Positions 1 to 9,954 of a stretch of DNA of 64,000 nt are shown here, piece by piece. This DNA is from Acidimicrobiales bacterium. GTDB lineage: Bacteria; Actinomycetota; Acidimicrobiia; Acidimicrobiales; SZUA-35. A program made the translations under genes and the position numbers. The first letter of the stretch is position 1; each line of letters opens with the position of its first letter. Under the pieces are notes generated by a model, which was not told where the DNA came from, did no database searches, and saw only the letters and a program-made list of their open reading frames with translations. The DNA lies in contig JBBKWJ010000117.1 in assembly GCA_037968895.1 (NCBI GenBank), positions 16,497 through 80,496 of the forward strand, written 5' to 3'.

Positions 1-361
1 CGTTGCTGGCATCTCGCTAAAGGGCAACGCAAGAGTCGTCGCGGCAGGCACCGCACATGAACGGTCCGTGATCATTACGATCTCCGACATCGGAACCGGC
101 AAGGCCACCTCGGTCGACGAGATCCCGTCGAAGGGCCGCGGCACAAGCGGCGTCAGAATCACGAAATTCAAAGACGAACACCGGCTCGACTACGCATGGG
201 TTGGCATACCCGACCGCATCGTCGCCGTTGTCGGCCAGGCCGATGCGCCGACAAAGCCAGACAATACGCCCGAATCGTTTGCGATGCGGCCGACGCGCCG
301 TGACGGTGGCAGCTCCGTGCTGGCCAACCGCGTTCACATGCTTGGAGACCTCAGGTGGTAG
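1..361 (+). CDS. Type IIA topoisomerase subunit A (GyrA/ParC-like), C-terminal fragment, 5' truncated by window
   Basis: Frame is open from nt 2 (VAGISLKGNARVV...). Contains beta-pinwheel repeat-like GRGTSGVRITKF. Overlaps the start of the B-subunit gene. Confidence 0.8.
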   Translation, partial: VAGISLKGNARVVAAGTAHERSVIITISDIGTGKATSVDEIPSKGRGTSGVRITKFKDEHRLDYAWVGIPDRIVAVVGQADAPTKPDNTPESFAMRPTRRDGGSSVLANRVHMLGDLRW

Positions 362-2379
362 TAAAGAAGCAAACCTACGATGCCTCCCAGATCCAAGTCC
401 TTGAAGGGCTCGACGCGGTCAGGAAACGGCCGGGTATGTACATCGGGGGCACCGGCTCGAGCGGCCTTCACCACCTGGTGTGGGAGATCATCGATAACGG
501 CGTCGACGAGGCCGCGGCAGGGTTCGCCTCACACATCGAGGTCATCCTCCACCGCGACGGCTCGATCGAAGTGTCAGACGACGGTCGTGGGATCCCTATC
601 GACAAAAAGCCAGACGGCCGCACCGCACTCGAAGTCGTGTTCACTGAGCTGCACGCAGGTGGCAAGTTTGGGTCTGGGGCATACGGCGCCTCTGGCGGGC
701 TGCATGGTGTCGGAGCGTCCGTGGTCAACGCGCTCGCCCAGAAGGTTGTGGCCGAAGTCGACCGAGACGGCGCCACGTGGCGACTCGTGTTTAACGAGCG
801 ACTCGCTGGCAACTACCTCAAGAGCGGAACCTTCAAGCCAGGCTCGAAGTTGGCGAAGATCAAGTCTGTTCCTGCGAAGCGCACTGGCACCCGGGTCCGG
901 TTCTGGCCAGACGAGCAGATCTTTGACCCGGAGGCTCGCATCGATTATCAGGAAGTTCGCGACCATGTCTCGCGAGTCTGTTTTCTCGTCCCCGGCCTGC
1001 ATATCAAGCTCCACGATCGTCGCGGGGCCGGCTCCGAGCCTGAAGAGTTTGTCGCTGCCGGTGGACTCGCCGATTACGTCGAGACACTGTCGGTCGGCGA
1101 GGCTGTCACCGACATCCTGACCATTCACGACCAAATGACCTTTGAAGAGACCGTCCCCGTCGACGGGAAAATGACCGTTGTCACTCGCCAGTGCACAGTC
1201 GATATCGCAGCCCGTTGGGTCAAGGGCTACGACAGCAAGATCGTGAGTTTTGTCAACACCATTCCGACCTCCGAAGGCGGCACGCATATCGCTGGGTTCA
1301 CCGGGGCGCTCTCGTTCGTTGCAAATGACACCTTGCTCAACGACGCCAAAAAGTTAAAGAAACTGGCCAAGTCAAACCAAGATCGGGCCCAACCGGCCGA
1401 TGTCCAAGAGGGCCTGGTTGCGGCCGTGAAGGTCACCTTCCCCGAACCCCAGTTCAAAGGTCAAACAAAGCAAGAGCTCGGCACGCCCGCGATTCGAAGC
1501 ATCGTCTACGAGAGCTTCAAAGCCGGCTTCACCGACTGGTCAAACGGTGGTGGCAAGAAGACCCAAATCAACGCCCTCCGCGAGAAGATGACAAACGCCG
1601 TCCTCAACCGAGTCATGTCGAAACAGGCGCTAGAGGCAAGGCGGAAAGCCGCCAACCTTGGTTCAACCGGCCTGCCAGACAAGCTGGCCGACTGTCGCCT
1701 GCATGGCCCCGACTCCGAGCTTCTCATCGTGGAAGGAAACTCGGCGGCGGGCCCCGCAAAGGCTGGCCGAGACGCGGAGATCATGGCCGTCTTGCCGCTC
1801 CGAGGCAAGGTTGTCAACGCAGGCAAAGCATCGCTCAAGCAGGTCGTCGAGAACACCGAGGCGCAAGCGCTCATCACGGCAATCGGCGGAGGCTCGGGCA
1901 AAGACTTCGACATGGATTCGATCCGCTACGGCCGCATCATTATCTTGTGCGACGCCGATGTCGACGGCAGCCACATTCGCTGTCTGCTCCTGACGCTGAT
2001 CTATCACCACATGCGCCCTCTGCTTGAGGCTGGTCATGTCTACGCCGCACAGCCACCGCTATTCGCGGTCAAATATCGCGGCACCCAGCACTACGCCTAT
2101 AGCGACGACGAGCGAAACGAAATCTCGACCGAACTCGGTATTGGCATCGAGAAGTGGAAACGCTTCAAGGGGCTCGGCGAGATGAACGTCGAAGAGCTCG
2201 CCGAAACAACGCTCAATCCCGCAACCCGAATTCTGAAACGGATGACCATGGCCGAGGGTGAGCAAGCGAGCGACGCGGCAGAGTTGTTCGAGATTCTGAT
2301 GGGGTCCGATGTCGCCAGTCGCAAGGACTACATCATCGACAACTCAAGTCTCATCAGCCCTGAGCTACTCGACATATAG
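355..2379 (+). CDS. Type IIA topoisomerase subunit B (GyrB/ParE-like; probably topo IV B)
   Basis: LEGLDAVRKRPGMYIG, EIIDNGVDE, GGLHGVGASVVNAL, TOPRIM EGNSA/PLRGK/DADVDG, RFKGLGEM; 674 aa. Confidence 0.95.
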   Translation: MVVKKQTYDASQIQVLEGLDAVRKRPGMYIGGTGSSGLHHLVWEIIDNGVDEAAAGFASHIEVILHRDGSIEVSDDGRGIPIDKKPDGRTALEVVFTELHAGGKFGSGAYGASGGLHGVGASVVNALAQKVVAEVDRDGATWRLVFNERLAGNYLKSGTFKPGSKLAKIKSVPAKRTGTRVRFWPDEQIFDPEARIDYQEVRDHVSRVCFLVPGLHIKLHDRRGAGSEPEEFVAAGGLADYVETLSVGEAVTDILTIHDQMTFEETVPVDGKMTVVTRQCTVDIAARWVKGYDSKIVSFVNTIPTSEGGTHIAGFTGALSFVANDTLLNDAKKLKKLAKSNQDRAQPADVQEGLVAAVKVTFPEPQFKGQTKQELGTPAIRSIVYESFKAGFTDWSNGGGKKTQINALREKMTNAVLNRVMSKQALEARRKAANLGSTGLPDKLADCRLHGPDSELLIVEGNSAAGPAKAGRDAEIMAVLPLRGKVVNAGKASLKQVVENTEAQALITAIGGGSGKDFDMDSIRYGRIIILCDADVDGSHIRCLLLTLIYHHMRPLLEAGHVYAAQPPLFAVKYRGTQHYAYSDDERNEISTELGIGIEKWKRFKGLGEMNVEELAETTLNPATRILKRMTMAEGEQASDAAELFEILMGSDVASRKDYIIDNSSLISPELLDI

Positions 2380-2489
2380 CCGTACGCAGCCAGGTCTAGC
2401 ACCAGGGCAAGAGCAGTTTGTGCCAAACTAAGTTGGTGAAATTACTAGACCGACTCTTCTTCTGGCGCAAGAACGACACGCCATCAGAC

Positions 2490-4580
2490 CTAGGCGATGT
2501 TGTCGATGGCTGCTTCACTCTTCCGGAGGCTCGTCTCGATCGCCCCTGGGAGGGGTCGACTGCAGACGATGCCCAGGCTCTGGACACTTCGGGTGAGTGA
2601 CACGTAGAGCCGGCGCAAGCCGTGCTCAAGCTGGGCGATGGCGTCGGGCTCGACCACGATGACAGCGTCAAACTCGAGGCCTTTGACTTGGTCAGGATCG
2701 ATCAACGTTACGGCGCTGGCCCCGGCCAGCGCCTGATTTCCTACTCGCGTGTTTGAGACGCCAGCCAGGTCGAGCGCAGCTTCGATATCAAGGAGGTGCG
2801 CTTCGATGCCGACTACGGCGACACTCGTGCCATGACTCAAGGCTGCGACTTCAGACACCACTGCGGCGGCAATGAGCTCAGGCGTCGTCCGGACAACCAG
2901 TGGCGGGTCGCCGCCCGGTCTTACCGAACGAGCGGGGGTCACCCCTGGCGCCGCCTCTGGTAGCAAGGCGTTTGCCACGTCGAGAATCGATGAAGGCACT
3001 CGATAACCAACTGTAAGCTCGCACAGCCGAAGCGACGACTCGCCGAGCACAGCGGCGCTCAGCACCTTCTGGGCATCGCCCCACGATCTCGTCGAAGCTG
3101 GCGCTGTCGCCTGGGCCAAGTCACCGAGCACCGTCATCGAGCCCTTGCGAGCTCGCCGAGCAAGCATTCGCAGGCCCATTGGCGAAATGTCTTGTGCTTC
3201 GTCGACAACAACATGACCGTAGGTGGTCGGCACCCCAGTGGTGAGAAGAGTGGCTTCATCAATCAGGGGCATGTCCGAAGCGGTCCACACCTCGTCAACT
3301 AACTTCTTCGAAGCTTTGCGGGCGAGGAGGTCTTGCTCGGCGCGGGTCAAGATTCCATCGGCCGCCCGGCGGCGCTTCGTCGGCGACCCAAGCAACTCGC
3401 GAACCAGAACGGGAGCAGACAAGTTTGGCCACATCTTGTCGAACGCCTTTTTGAACGAAGCATCGTTGAGGAGGCCACGGTTGAAGTGAGGTTGCTCGGC
3501 CGGGTCAACGCCTGCTCGCGCCGAGTGTCGACGCCAGGCCTCTTGGGCAATCATTGTTCGGAAGGTCTCGCGGCTCTTGTTGGCTGGGAGGTTTCGGCCA
3601 AAGGCCTGCTGCTGGATCTCCGCGAGATCGCTGTCGCTCATCCGAACGACAGAAAGCCCAGATCTCAGCTCAAGCCCATCGGCAGGCACCGAGAGCTTGT
3701 CTGCGATCAGCCGCTTAATGACACTCGCCATGCGGATATCGCCCTTGACGGCCGCCGCCTCATCAGTGTCTGATGCACGAACTCTGAACCGGGCGCTGAG
3801 CAGTCCTGACAACGTGGTCTGCACGACTGACGTCTCGCCAAGCGAAGGAAGCACGTCGGCGATGTAGCGAAGGAACACAGGGTTTGGGCCGACAACGAGG
3901 ACTCGCTGTTCATGCAGGAGGTCGCGGTGTGAGAACAGCAAATACGCAGCCCGGTGAAGACCGACTGCAGTCTTGCCGGTGCCGGGGCCACCCTGGACAA
4001 TCAGGAGCTCATCGAGTCCGGATCGGATGATCTCGTCCTGCTCGGCAGCAATGGTTGACACAATGTCACGCATCTGGCCAGTGCGGCTGCGCTCAAGCTC
4101 GGCGAGTAATGGGTCGGGCAGACCGCCGTGTGACTCGCCGTCAGGGTCGGTGAGGTCCTCATCGAAGATTGCTACTAACTCGGGACCGTCGCAGCTAAAC
4201 CGGCGGCGGTGAATCAGTCCGCATGGGTCTACGGCAGTGGCGCGGTAGAACGGCGCAGAAACTGGGGCTCGCCAATCGACGACGACGGCGTTGCTCTGTT
4301 CATCTTCGACATGGCGCCGTCCGACATACCATCGGTCGCCTTCTTCGTCGTCGATTCGGCCAAAACAGAGAGGTCCGCTGCCAGCGGCAAGCGCATTCTG
4401 GCGTTGCAGCAAATGCCACTGGGCAATGCGAGCATCAACGGTGTTCTCTTCGCGTACCGCTCGGTCACTCGCCGCTTTCACGACTGCGGTGCGCTCCTGC
4501 ATCTGGGTCAGGAGGCTGCTCGCGTTGTCAAGATAGGACTGCTCAGCTTGTAGCTCAGCGTGAGTATCACTCGAGGGCAT
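2490..4580 (-). CDS. HelD-like SF1 helicase-like RNA polymerase recycling ATPase
   Basis: FGRID, YVGRR, VVDWRAP, MRDIVSTI..EQD, Walker A GGPGTGKT, DEAQD, GDLAQ, KGLEFD, LYVSLTR. Confidence 0.85.
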   Translation of the reverse strand: MPSSDTHAELQAEQSYLDNASSLLTQMQERTAVVKAASDRAVREENTVDARIAQWHLLQRQNALAAGSGPLCFGRIDDEEGDRWYVGRRHVEDEQSNAVVVDWRAPVSAPFYRATAVDPCGLIHRRRFSCDGPELVAIFDEDLTDPDGESHGGLPDPLLAELERSRTGQMRDIVSTIAAEQDEIIRSGLDELLIVQGGPGTGKTAVGLHRAAYLLFSHRDLLHEQRVLVVGPNPVFLRYIADVLPSLGETSVVQTTLSGLLSARFRVRASDTDEAAAVKGDIRMASVIKRLIADKLSVPADGLELRSGLSVVRMSDSDLAEIQQQAFGRNLPANKSRETFRTMIAQEAWRRHSARAGVDPAEQPHFNRGLLNDASFKKAFDKMWPNLSAPVLVRELLGSPTKRRRAADGILTRAEQDLLARKASKKLVDEVWTASDMPLIDEATLLTTGVPTTYGHVVVDEAQDISPMGLRMLARRARKGSMTVLGDLAQATAPASTRSWGDAQKVLSAAVLGESSLRLCELTVGYRVPSSILDVANALLPEAAPGVTPARSVRPGGDPPLVVRTTPELIAAAVVSEVAALSHGTSVAVVGIEAHLLDIEAALDLAGVSNTRVGNQALAGASAVTLIDPDQVKGLEFDAVIVVEPDAIAQLEHGLRRLYVSLTRSVQSLGIVCSRPLPGAIETSLRKSEAAIDNIA

Positions 4581-5586
4581 CGTCTATCGCGCCCCCGGAT
4601 TCTTTGTAGAGAAGGCCATAGCCGGTGGCTCGCGTTGCCGCGGCAAAGCCACCGATTATCGCGACCAGCAAACCAGACCCGACGACCAGTGCGAGGTTTG
4701 AACCAAGGAAGCTCAAACGCGTCATCTCGATGACGTCGGCCTCGGGATCAAGCCCTTCGCCGTTCGCCCCAGACAAGCTGGAGAAGGAAGTTCCGACAAA
4801 GAACTGGAAGCCAAGCGTGATCGCCCAGATGAGGAAACTCCGAACCAGAAAGTCCATCCGTCGGCCCTTCGGGGCCTCCCACGATTGCCGCCAGGCCCCG
4901 ACCCCTTTGGGCGCCAGAGCGGCGGCAGCGGGAACGAGCCCGACGTGAATCATAAAGAGGCATCCCAACGCAACGACTGCGGGAATGATCGCCAATAGGA
5001 GAATCGGAGCGGCAACAGCCACTATCGAGATAACAACGAGAGCGACAATCCCCGCAACGGCCAAGACCAACGCCCATGAAATCCATGTGCCAAGCAGTCT
5101 TGGCAAACGTTGAACCGTCGCCCACAGTGATACCGCCCACGAGTCGCTTCGACCTGCATCGGCAGCCACTGTCTGACGCCGTAGCGCAGCACCAAGCACA
5201 ACCGACACGAGAAACGAGAACAGGACCGCAGCCCCGAGCGGAAGCAGCCTGCCCTGATCGAAGCCGGTTACTTCGATGTCTTCAACCGGCGCTCGGGTGA
5301 ACGTGAGGACGACTCCTTCGACCGCCCACCAAACCGCCAGAGTCGTCAGGACAGAGGGAACTGCCGCGAGCAACAGCGTAAGCGTGAAAACGTGTCCTGC
5401 TCTGCTCGCCACTGCCTTGATGGTTCGACCAAGCCAGTCAGAACGGGAGCCGGTCTGGGGCGATTGTTCGTAGTTGTGGGTGTGTTCGGTCCACAGGTTG
5501 CCATCCCACCACCTCAGCTCGAATTGACGGCGAGGGTCGGGATACCAACCAGGAGCTACTTGAGGAGGAGGTACGTCAGATGGCAT
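4567..5586 (-). CDS. DUF2510-domain multi-pass membrane protein
   Basis: N-terminal PGWYPDP...LRWWDG..WT motif followed by about 6 hydrophobic segments. Start at ATG 5586 (alternative TTG 5592). Confidence 0.8.
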   Translation of the reverse strand: MPSDVPPPQVAPGWYPDPRRQFELRWWDGNLWTEHTHNYEQSPQTGSRSDWLGRTIKAVASRAGHVFTLTLLLAAVPSVLTTLAVWWAVEGVVLTFTRAPVEDIEVTGFDQGRLLPLGAAVLFSFLVSVVLGAALRRQTVAADAGRSDSWAVSLWATVQRLPRLLGTWISWALVLAVAGIVALVVISIVAVAAPILLLAIIPAVVALGCLFMIHVGLVPAAAALAPKGVGAWRQSWEAPKGRRMDFLVRSFLIWAITLGFQFFVGTSFSSLSGANGEGLDPEADVIEMTRLSFLGSNLALVVGSGLLVAIIGGFAAATRATGYGLLYKESGGAIDDALE

Positions 5587-5714
5587 CAGCAAGGGCAGTC
5601 TGGATCGATCGAGCCATCACCCTAACCTCCCGACGAGCGGGAGTCGTGAAATTGCACCCGACGTGGTTGCTGCTAGATTCGGTGGCCCGGTCGCCACGAA
5701 ACGGAGCAGACGCC

Positions 5715-6017
5715 ATGAAGCTCAAGCGCACTCAGCTATCAACGGAATGGCAAGTTGACGCCCTCTGTCGCGGCGTCACTCATTTGTTCTTCGGACCAAG
5801 CTCCGAGCGTCCGGAGCGGCGAGCCGAGCGTGAGGCCGTCGCCCGGTCGTACTGCATGGTCTGCCCGGTCAAACTCGACTGCCGCGAGTCAGCCAGGCTT
5901 AATCTTGAACACGGTTTCTGGGGTGGCGAAAACGATGAAGAGCGAGCCGCCGCTGGCTTCGTTCCCCGCTCACCGAGTCGACGGGCCGTTCTCGCCGCCC
6001 GCAGCGCCGATCAGTAA
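5715..6017 (+). CDS. WhiB-family Fe-S transcriptional regulator
   Basis: W...A.C, LFF, CxxC-x5-C (CMVCPVKLDC), HGFWGGE...ER. ATG 5715 follows GGAG. TTGCAC-N16-TAGATT promoter-like sequence upstream. Confidence 0.9.
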   Translation: MKLKRTQLSTEWQVDALCRGVTHLFFGPSSERPERRAEREAVARSYCMVCPVKLDCRESARLNLEHGFWGGENDEERAAAGFVPRSPSRRAVLAARSADQ

Positions 6018-6019
6018 GC

Positions 6020-7060
6020 GTGTCGGCAATAGATAGTTTTCTTCTGCTTTCATTCGGCGGGCCTGAAGAGCCAGCCCACGTCATGCCTTTCCTACGGAAA
6101 GTGACGGCTGGTAGAAATGTCCCAGACGAGCGACTCGCAGTTGTGGCTAAACAATACGAATTGTTCGGTGGCTGCTCCCCTATAAACGGCCACAATCGTG
6201 ACCTGCTGGCTGCGATCACCGACGAGTTTTCGAAGCGCTCGATCGAGTTACCGGTGTACTGGGGCAACCGAAACTGGGACCCTCTTGTCGAGGAAACTGT
6301 CGCCCAGATGGCACAAGATGGGGCGCGACACTCGCTTGTATTCGCCACCTCCGCTTTCGGCTCATACTCGGGCTGTCGGCAATACCGCGAAGACCTTGAT
6401 CGAGCCGCCAGCACCGTTGGCGATACCGCCCCCCGGCTCCAGAAACTACGGCTGTTCTACAACCATCCTGGCTTCATCGGTCCCCTCACTGATCGGGTGC
6501 GTGAATCGATTGCGCTTCTCAGAACCAGATCCTCGTCCACCCCGAGGCTGGTGTTTACCGCTCACAGCATCCCCCAATCGATGGCCGCCGGATGCGACTA
6601 CGAAGACCAACTCGCAGAAGCGGCACGCCTTGTTGTCGAAGGCATAGCTGTTGAAGGCCTCGAGAAGCCGCTCGACTGGGACCTCGTCTACCAGAGCAGA
6701 AGCGGGCCGCCACAGGTCCCGTGGTTAGAACCAGACATCGGCGATCACCTCGGCATGCTCGCCCAACGGGGAATCGATGCTGTCGTCGTTTGCCCGCTTG
6801 GATTCGTCAGCGACCACATGGAGGTGTTGTACGACCTTGACACCCTCGCCGCGCAGCAAGCCGAAAAACTCGGCATCGAGATGGAGCGGGCACGCACGGT
6901 CGGCACCGACCCCGCATTTGTGTCAATGATCGCTGACCTCGTCGAAGAGCAGCTCACAGGAGCCGCTCGCCTCCGCGTTGGCGCTCATCCGGCTTGGCCA
7001 GACATGTGCCCCGACGGGCATTGCCCGGCGCCACAACGACCCGCACCGAGCAGTAACTAG
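6020..7060 (+). CDS. hemH: Ferrochelatase (coproporphyrin-type expected in Actinobacteria)
   Basis: LLLSFGGPE, SPIN, GNRNW, SYSGCRQY, FTAHSIP, YQSRSG, WLEPD, GFVSDHMEVLYDLD. Confidence 0.95.
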   Translation: MSAIDSFLLLSFGGPEEPAHVMPFLRKVTAGRNVPDERLAVVAKQYELFGGCSPINGHNRDLLAAITDEFSKRSIELPVYWGNRNWDPLVEETVAQMAQDGARHSLVFATSAFGSYSGCRQYREDLDRAASTVGDTAPRLQKLRLFYNHPGFIGPLTDRVRESIALLRTRSSSTPRLVFTAHSIPQSMAAGCDYEDQLAEAARLVVEGIAVEGLEKPLDWDLVYQSRSGPPQVPWLEPDIGDHLGMLAQRGIDAVVVCPLGFVSDHMEVLYDLDTLAAQQAEKLGIEMERARTVGTDPAFVSMIADLVEEQLTGAARLRVGAHPAWPDMCPDGHCPAPQRPAPSSN

Positions 7061-8463
7061 CCGAGCGGCGTAAACGAGATCGAGTCGATTCCGAGGGTCG
7101 CTTCGGTCCATCCGACGTCAGGGAAACTTTCTGGAACCCGGGCGTCGCCCCACCATTGCGACGAGGGGCCAAGCAGTCGGTCGCCCGAGAAGGACCCACC
7201 GACCGCAAGGTTCGCAATCAGATACATCGGCTCAGACCGGTGTGGCCCAACGTCGGCGTTTGCCGGGCCAGCGACTCGAAAGACCTCTTCGTCGTCGATG
7301 AGCCAGATGAGAAGCCCTGGCTTTCTGATGAGCGTGTACAAGTGCGGCATGCCATCGCTTACCGTTGGCACATCGGCCGTGGCCGTTTCGGTTCGGACTC
7401 GCCCGTCGTACCAATGGACCGAGGTGTGGAGCACGTGCGGCTCGGCGCCATCAGTTTCGACAATGTCGATCTCGTGATAGTCGGTTGACTCGTAGCGGGT
7501 GCACCGACCCGGAGCCTCGCACGCAGCCGCGTCCAGTAGCCACAAAGCGGGCCACAATCCGTCACCTTCGGGAAGACGAGCCATGATGTCGATCCGACCA
7601 AAGCCAAACTCGGCATGACTCATCACCATTCCGCTGACATAGGGAAGCGAGAGCGTGCTCGGCGACGGGTTTTCGACCGCAATGAGTTCGAGCGACGCGT
7701 CTGCAAATCGAGCAAGATCTGGCCGATACGACTGCGCCTCACGATTGTTCCATCCGACGCCGCCCTCTTCACTCGAGGGGAATTGAGGCGCTCCTGGTTG
7801 AAGCGGCCCTGTGGTGGCCAGCATCCACTCGGCCTCATTGGCTAGCAAGTTGTTGGCCGGGTCAGCGTCGTCACACGACACGATCCCTCTCAATGCGACA
7901 TCGGTGCCACAGAGATTCGCCAGCTGAGAGAGCGCGACAAGCGACCCCTTTCCAACGGCCCACAACTCTGGTCCGTCATCACCTGGCCGGACCTCGGTTT
8001 CGATTCCGCTGGTCTGAGCGAGCTCGGCGATGAAGCCCGCTTCGTCGGCTGGCCCAATCAACCCCTGACGATTCCCGTAGACATGTGCGACTCCAGCGAT
8101 CACCGAGGCCGAGTTGACTGCATCCCACGTTGGCACATCGCCGCGGCCTGAGAGAGTGTTTCCGTTGACGCCAGAACGCTCGAACGCGACACGCTGCGAG
8201 AGCAGCGCGAGCCCGAGCTGGTCGGCTGCCACGTCGTGGCCGTCAAGATCTATCTCCCAATCCGAACCGCTGACGATGGCCGAACTCAGAAGATAGCCAA
8301 GCGCCGCATCGAGCGGATCGACGAAGGGATCCTCGATTGGCACCGGCGCTTCGCTCAGGTCGTCGAGGACACCGTCTGCAATCGAAGGAAGCTCGATGGT
8401 TGGCGACGCGGCTGGAAACGTGAGCGACGACGAGAATGGACGCGTCAAGGCCAGAGCGAGCAA
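7057..8463 (-). CDS. Glycoside hydrolase family 16 protein with uncharacterised N-terminal region (start uncertain)
   Basis: LWPALWLL, catalytic EIDIVE, NNREAQSY, YVSG, YLIANLAVGG. Confidence 0.8.
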   Translation of the reverse strand: MLALALTRPFSSSLTFPAASPTIELPSIADGVLDDLSEAPVPIEDPFVDPLDAALGYLLSSAIVSGSDWEIDLDGHDVAADQLGLALLSQRVAFERSGVNGNTLSGRGDVPTWDAVNSASVIAGVAHVYGNRQGLIGPADEAGFIAELAQTSGIETEVRPGDDGPELWAVGKGSLVALSQLANLCGTDVALRGIVSCDDADPANNLLANEAEWMLATTGPLQPGAPQFPSSEEGGVGWNNREAQSYRPDLARFADASLELIAVENPSPSTLSLPYVSGMVMSHAEFGFGRIDIMARLPEGDGLWPALWLLDAAACEAPGRCTRYESTDYHEIDIVETDGAEPHVLHTSVHWYDGRVRTETATADVPTVSDGMPHLYTLIRKPGLLIWLIDDEEVFRVAGPANADVGPHRSEPMYLIANLAVGGSFSGDRLLGPSSQWWGDARVPESFPDVGWTEATLGIDSISFTPLG

Positions 8464-8545
8464 GGCGACGACAGCGCCGGAAGCGAGGACACGGGAGCGA
8501 TAAGGGATCGTCTCCTATCGGCGGGAACCGCGACCTGCTGAGGTT

Positions 8546-9952
8546 CTACAGTCCCCAGAAGTCGTCGCCAGCATCGCGACGGAATGCTGCGATCACTTCG
8601 CCCATTGGGGTCGAGGGCTGTCCCATCACAAACGGCCACAGTTCCTCCGCTAGCAGACGGAAGTTTGCGGTGGCGTCGAGATCGGCAAATAGGCCCATGA
8701 GCCCGAGTGTGATGCGCTGGAGCAGCACGAACGAAGGCGGAACGTTCAGTTCCTTCTTCAGTTCGGCGAACGGTCCCTTTTGTTCGAAGATTTGCTTGAC
8801 GCCGCCCGCTGCGTATTCGTCGTCGATGGTGATGACCTCGTCGTCCATTACGTAGTTGTAGAAGAACGAGAAGTAGTCGCGCACGACGTCGTCAGCAACT
8901 TGTGAGTCTGGCGCCAGCAGACCAGCATCAATGATGATTCGACGGAACTCGGCGATGTCGCGTTCGATCACCATTGACGTGATGAGCTCTTCAAAGAGGG
9001 TGGTCTCGTCATCGGTGAATCGTTTGACCAAGCCGAAGTCGAGGAACGTGATCTTGCCGCCCGGCTCGAACAGATAGTTGCCGGGGTGAGGGTCGCCGTT
9101 GAACACGCCAAGGCGGTAGATCGACCCGAAACTGAATCGGAAGAGCGTCTCGGCCGTGAGGTTCTTCTCATCCTGGGACCACGACTTGACCTCGTCGAAC
9201 CGCACTCCCGAGGCGAGTTGGGTGGTGAGCACCGTCGGACCGCTCAGCTCAGGCAGCACGTGCGGCACCGTGATAAACGGGTGGCCATCGAAGAAATCGG
9301 CGTAGTACTGCTGACTCTTCGCTTCAAGGCAGTAGTCGAGCTCTTCGACCAACCGCTCCTTGAGCTCGGCGACCACGGGCTCAGGGTCGAGGCCAGGAAA
9401 CATCGAGGACATTGCGGAGAAGAGCCACCCTGCGTTGTTGAGGTCGGACGCAACAGCATCGGCAACGCCGGGATACTGCAGCTTGACGGCGACCGCCTGG
9501 CCGTCGTGGGTGATCGCACGGTGCACTTGACCAATCGACGCCGCGGCGATTGGCACTGCGTCCCATTCGGCGAAGACCTCCGAAGGCGGTCGGCCCAATG
9601 CTTCAGTCAACGTGGCAGCCGAGAGTTCTGGCGTCATCGGCGGCGCATCGTGTTGGAGCGAGGCGAGCGTGGTGCGAACGTGCTCAGGTAGGCCAGTGTC
9701 GAGATAGCTCGCCATCTGCCCGATCTTCATCAGAGCGCCCTTCATGTTGCCGAGCTCGAGCGTGACGTCTTCCGCCGTTTTCATCTGAAAGTCGAGGTTG
9801 AGCTCAGCCTTACGCTCGGCTGACGCGAATGTTTGGCGCGCTTTTGACACTGCAAGGCGGCCGCCACTTTTTGCGCCGAGTCGTGCAAGCCGCAGATTTC
9901 GGGCAAGCTGACGTGACGTAGATACAGGTCGATTTGATGAACGAGAGCTCAC
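8546..9952 (-). CDS. ABC1/UbiB (AarF) atypical kinase
   Basis: KGALMKIGQ, AAASIGQVHRA, VAVKLQYPG, DPHPGN, FLDFG. Confidence 0.92.
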   Translation of the reverse strand: MSSRSSNRPVSTSRQLARNLRLARLGAKSGGRLAVSKARQTFASAERKAELNLDFQMKTAEDVTLELGNMKGALMKIGQMASYLDTGLPEHVRTTLASLQHDAPPMTPELSAATLTEALGRPPSEVFAEWDAVPIAAASIGQVHRAITHDGQAVAVKLQYPGVADAVASDLNNAGWLFSAMSSMFPGLDPEPVVAELKERLVEELDYCLEAKSQQYYADFFDGHPFITVPHVLPELSGPTVLTTQLASGVRFDEVKSWSQDEKNLTAETLFRFSFGSIYRLGVFNGDPHPGNYLFEPGGKITFLDFGLVKRFTDDETTLFEELITSMVIERDIAEFRRIIIDAGLLAPDSQVADDVVRDYFSFFYNYVMDDEVITIDDEYAAGGVKQIFEQKGPFAELKKELNVPPSFVLLQRITLGLMGLFADLDATANFRLLAEELWPFVMGQPSTPMGEVIAAFRRDAGDDFWGL

Positions 9953-9954
9953 AG

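Noticed and set aside
2490..4620. HelR-type rifamycin resistance gene
   Set aside because: No rifamycin-associated-element palindrome is visible upstream, and the gene overlaps the preceding CDS. Generic HelD is more parsimonious.
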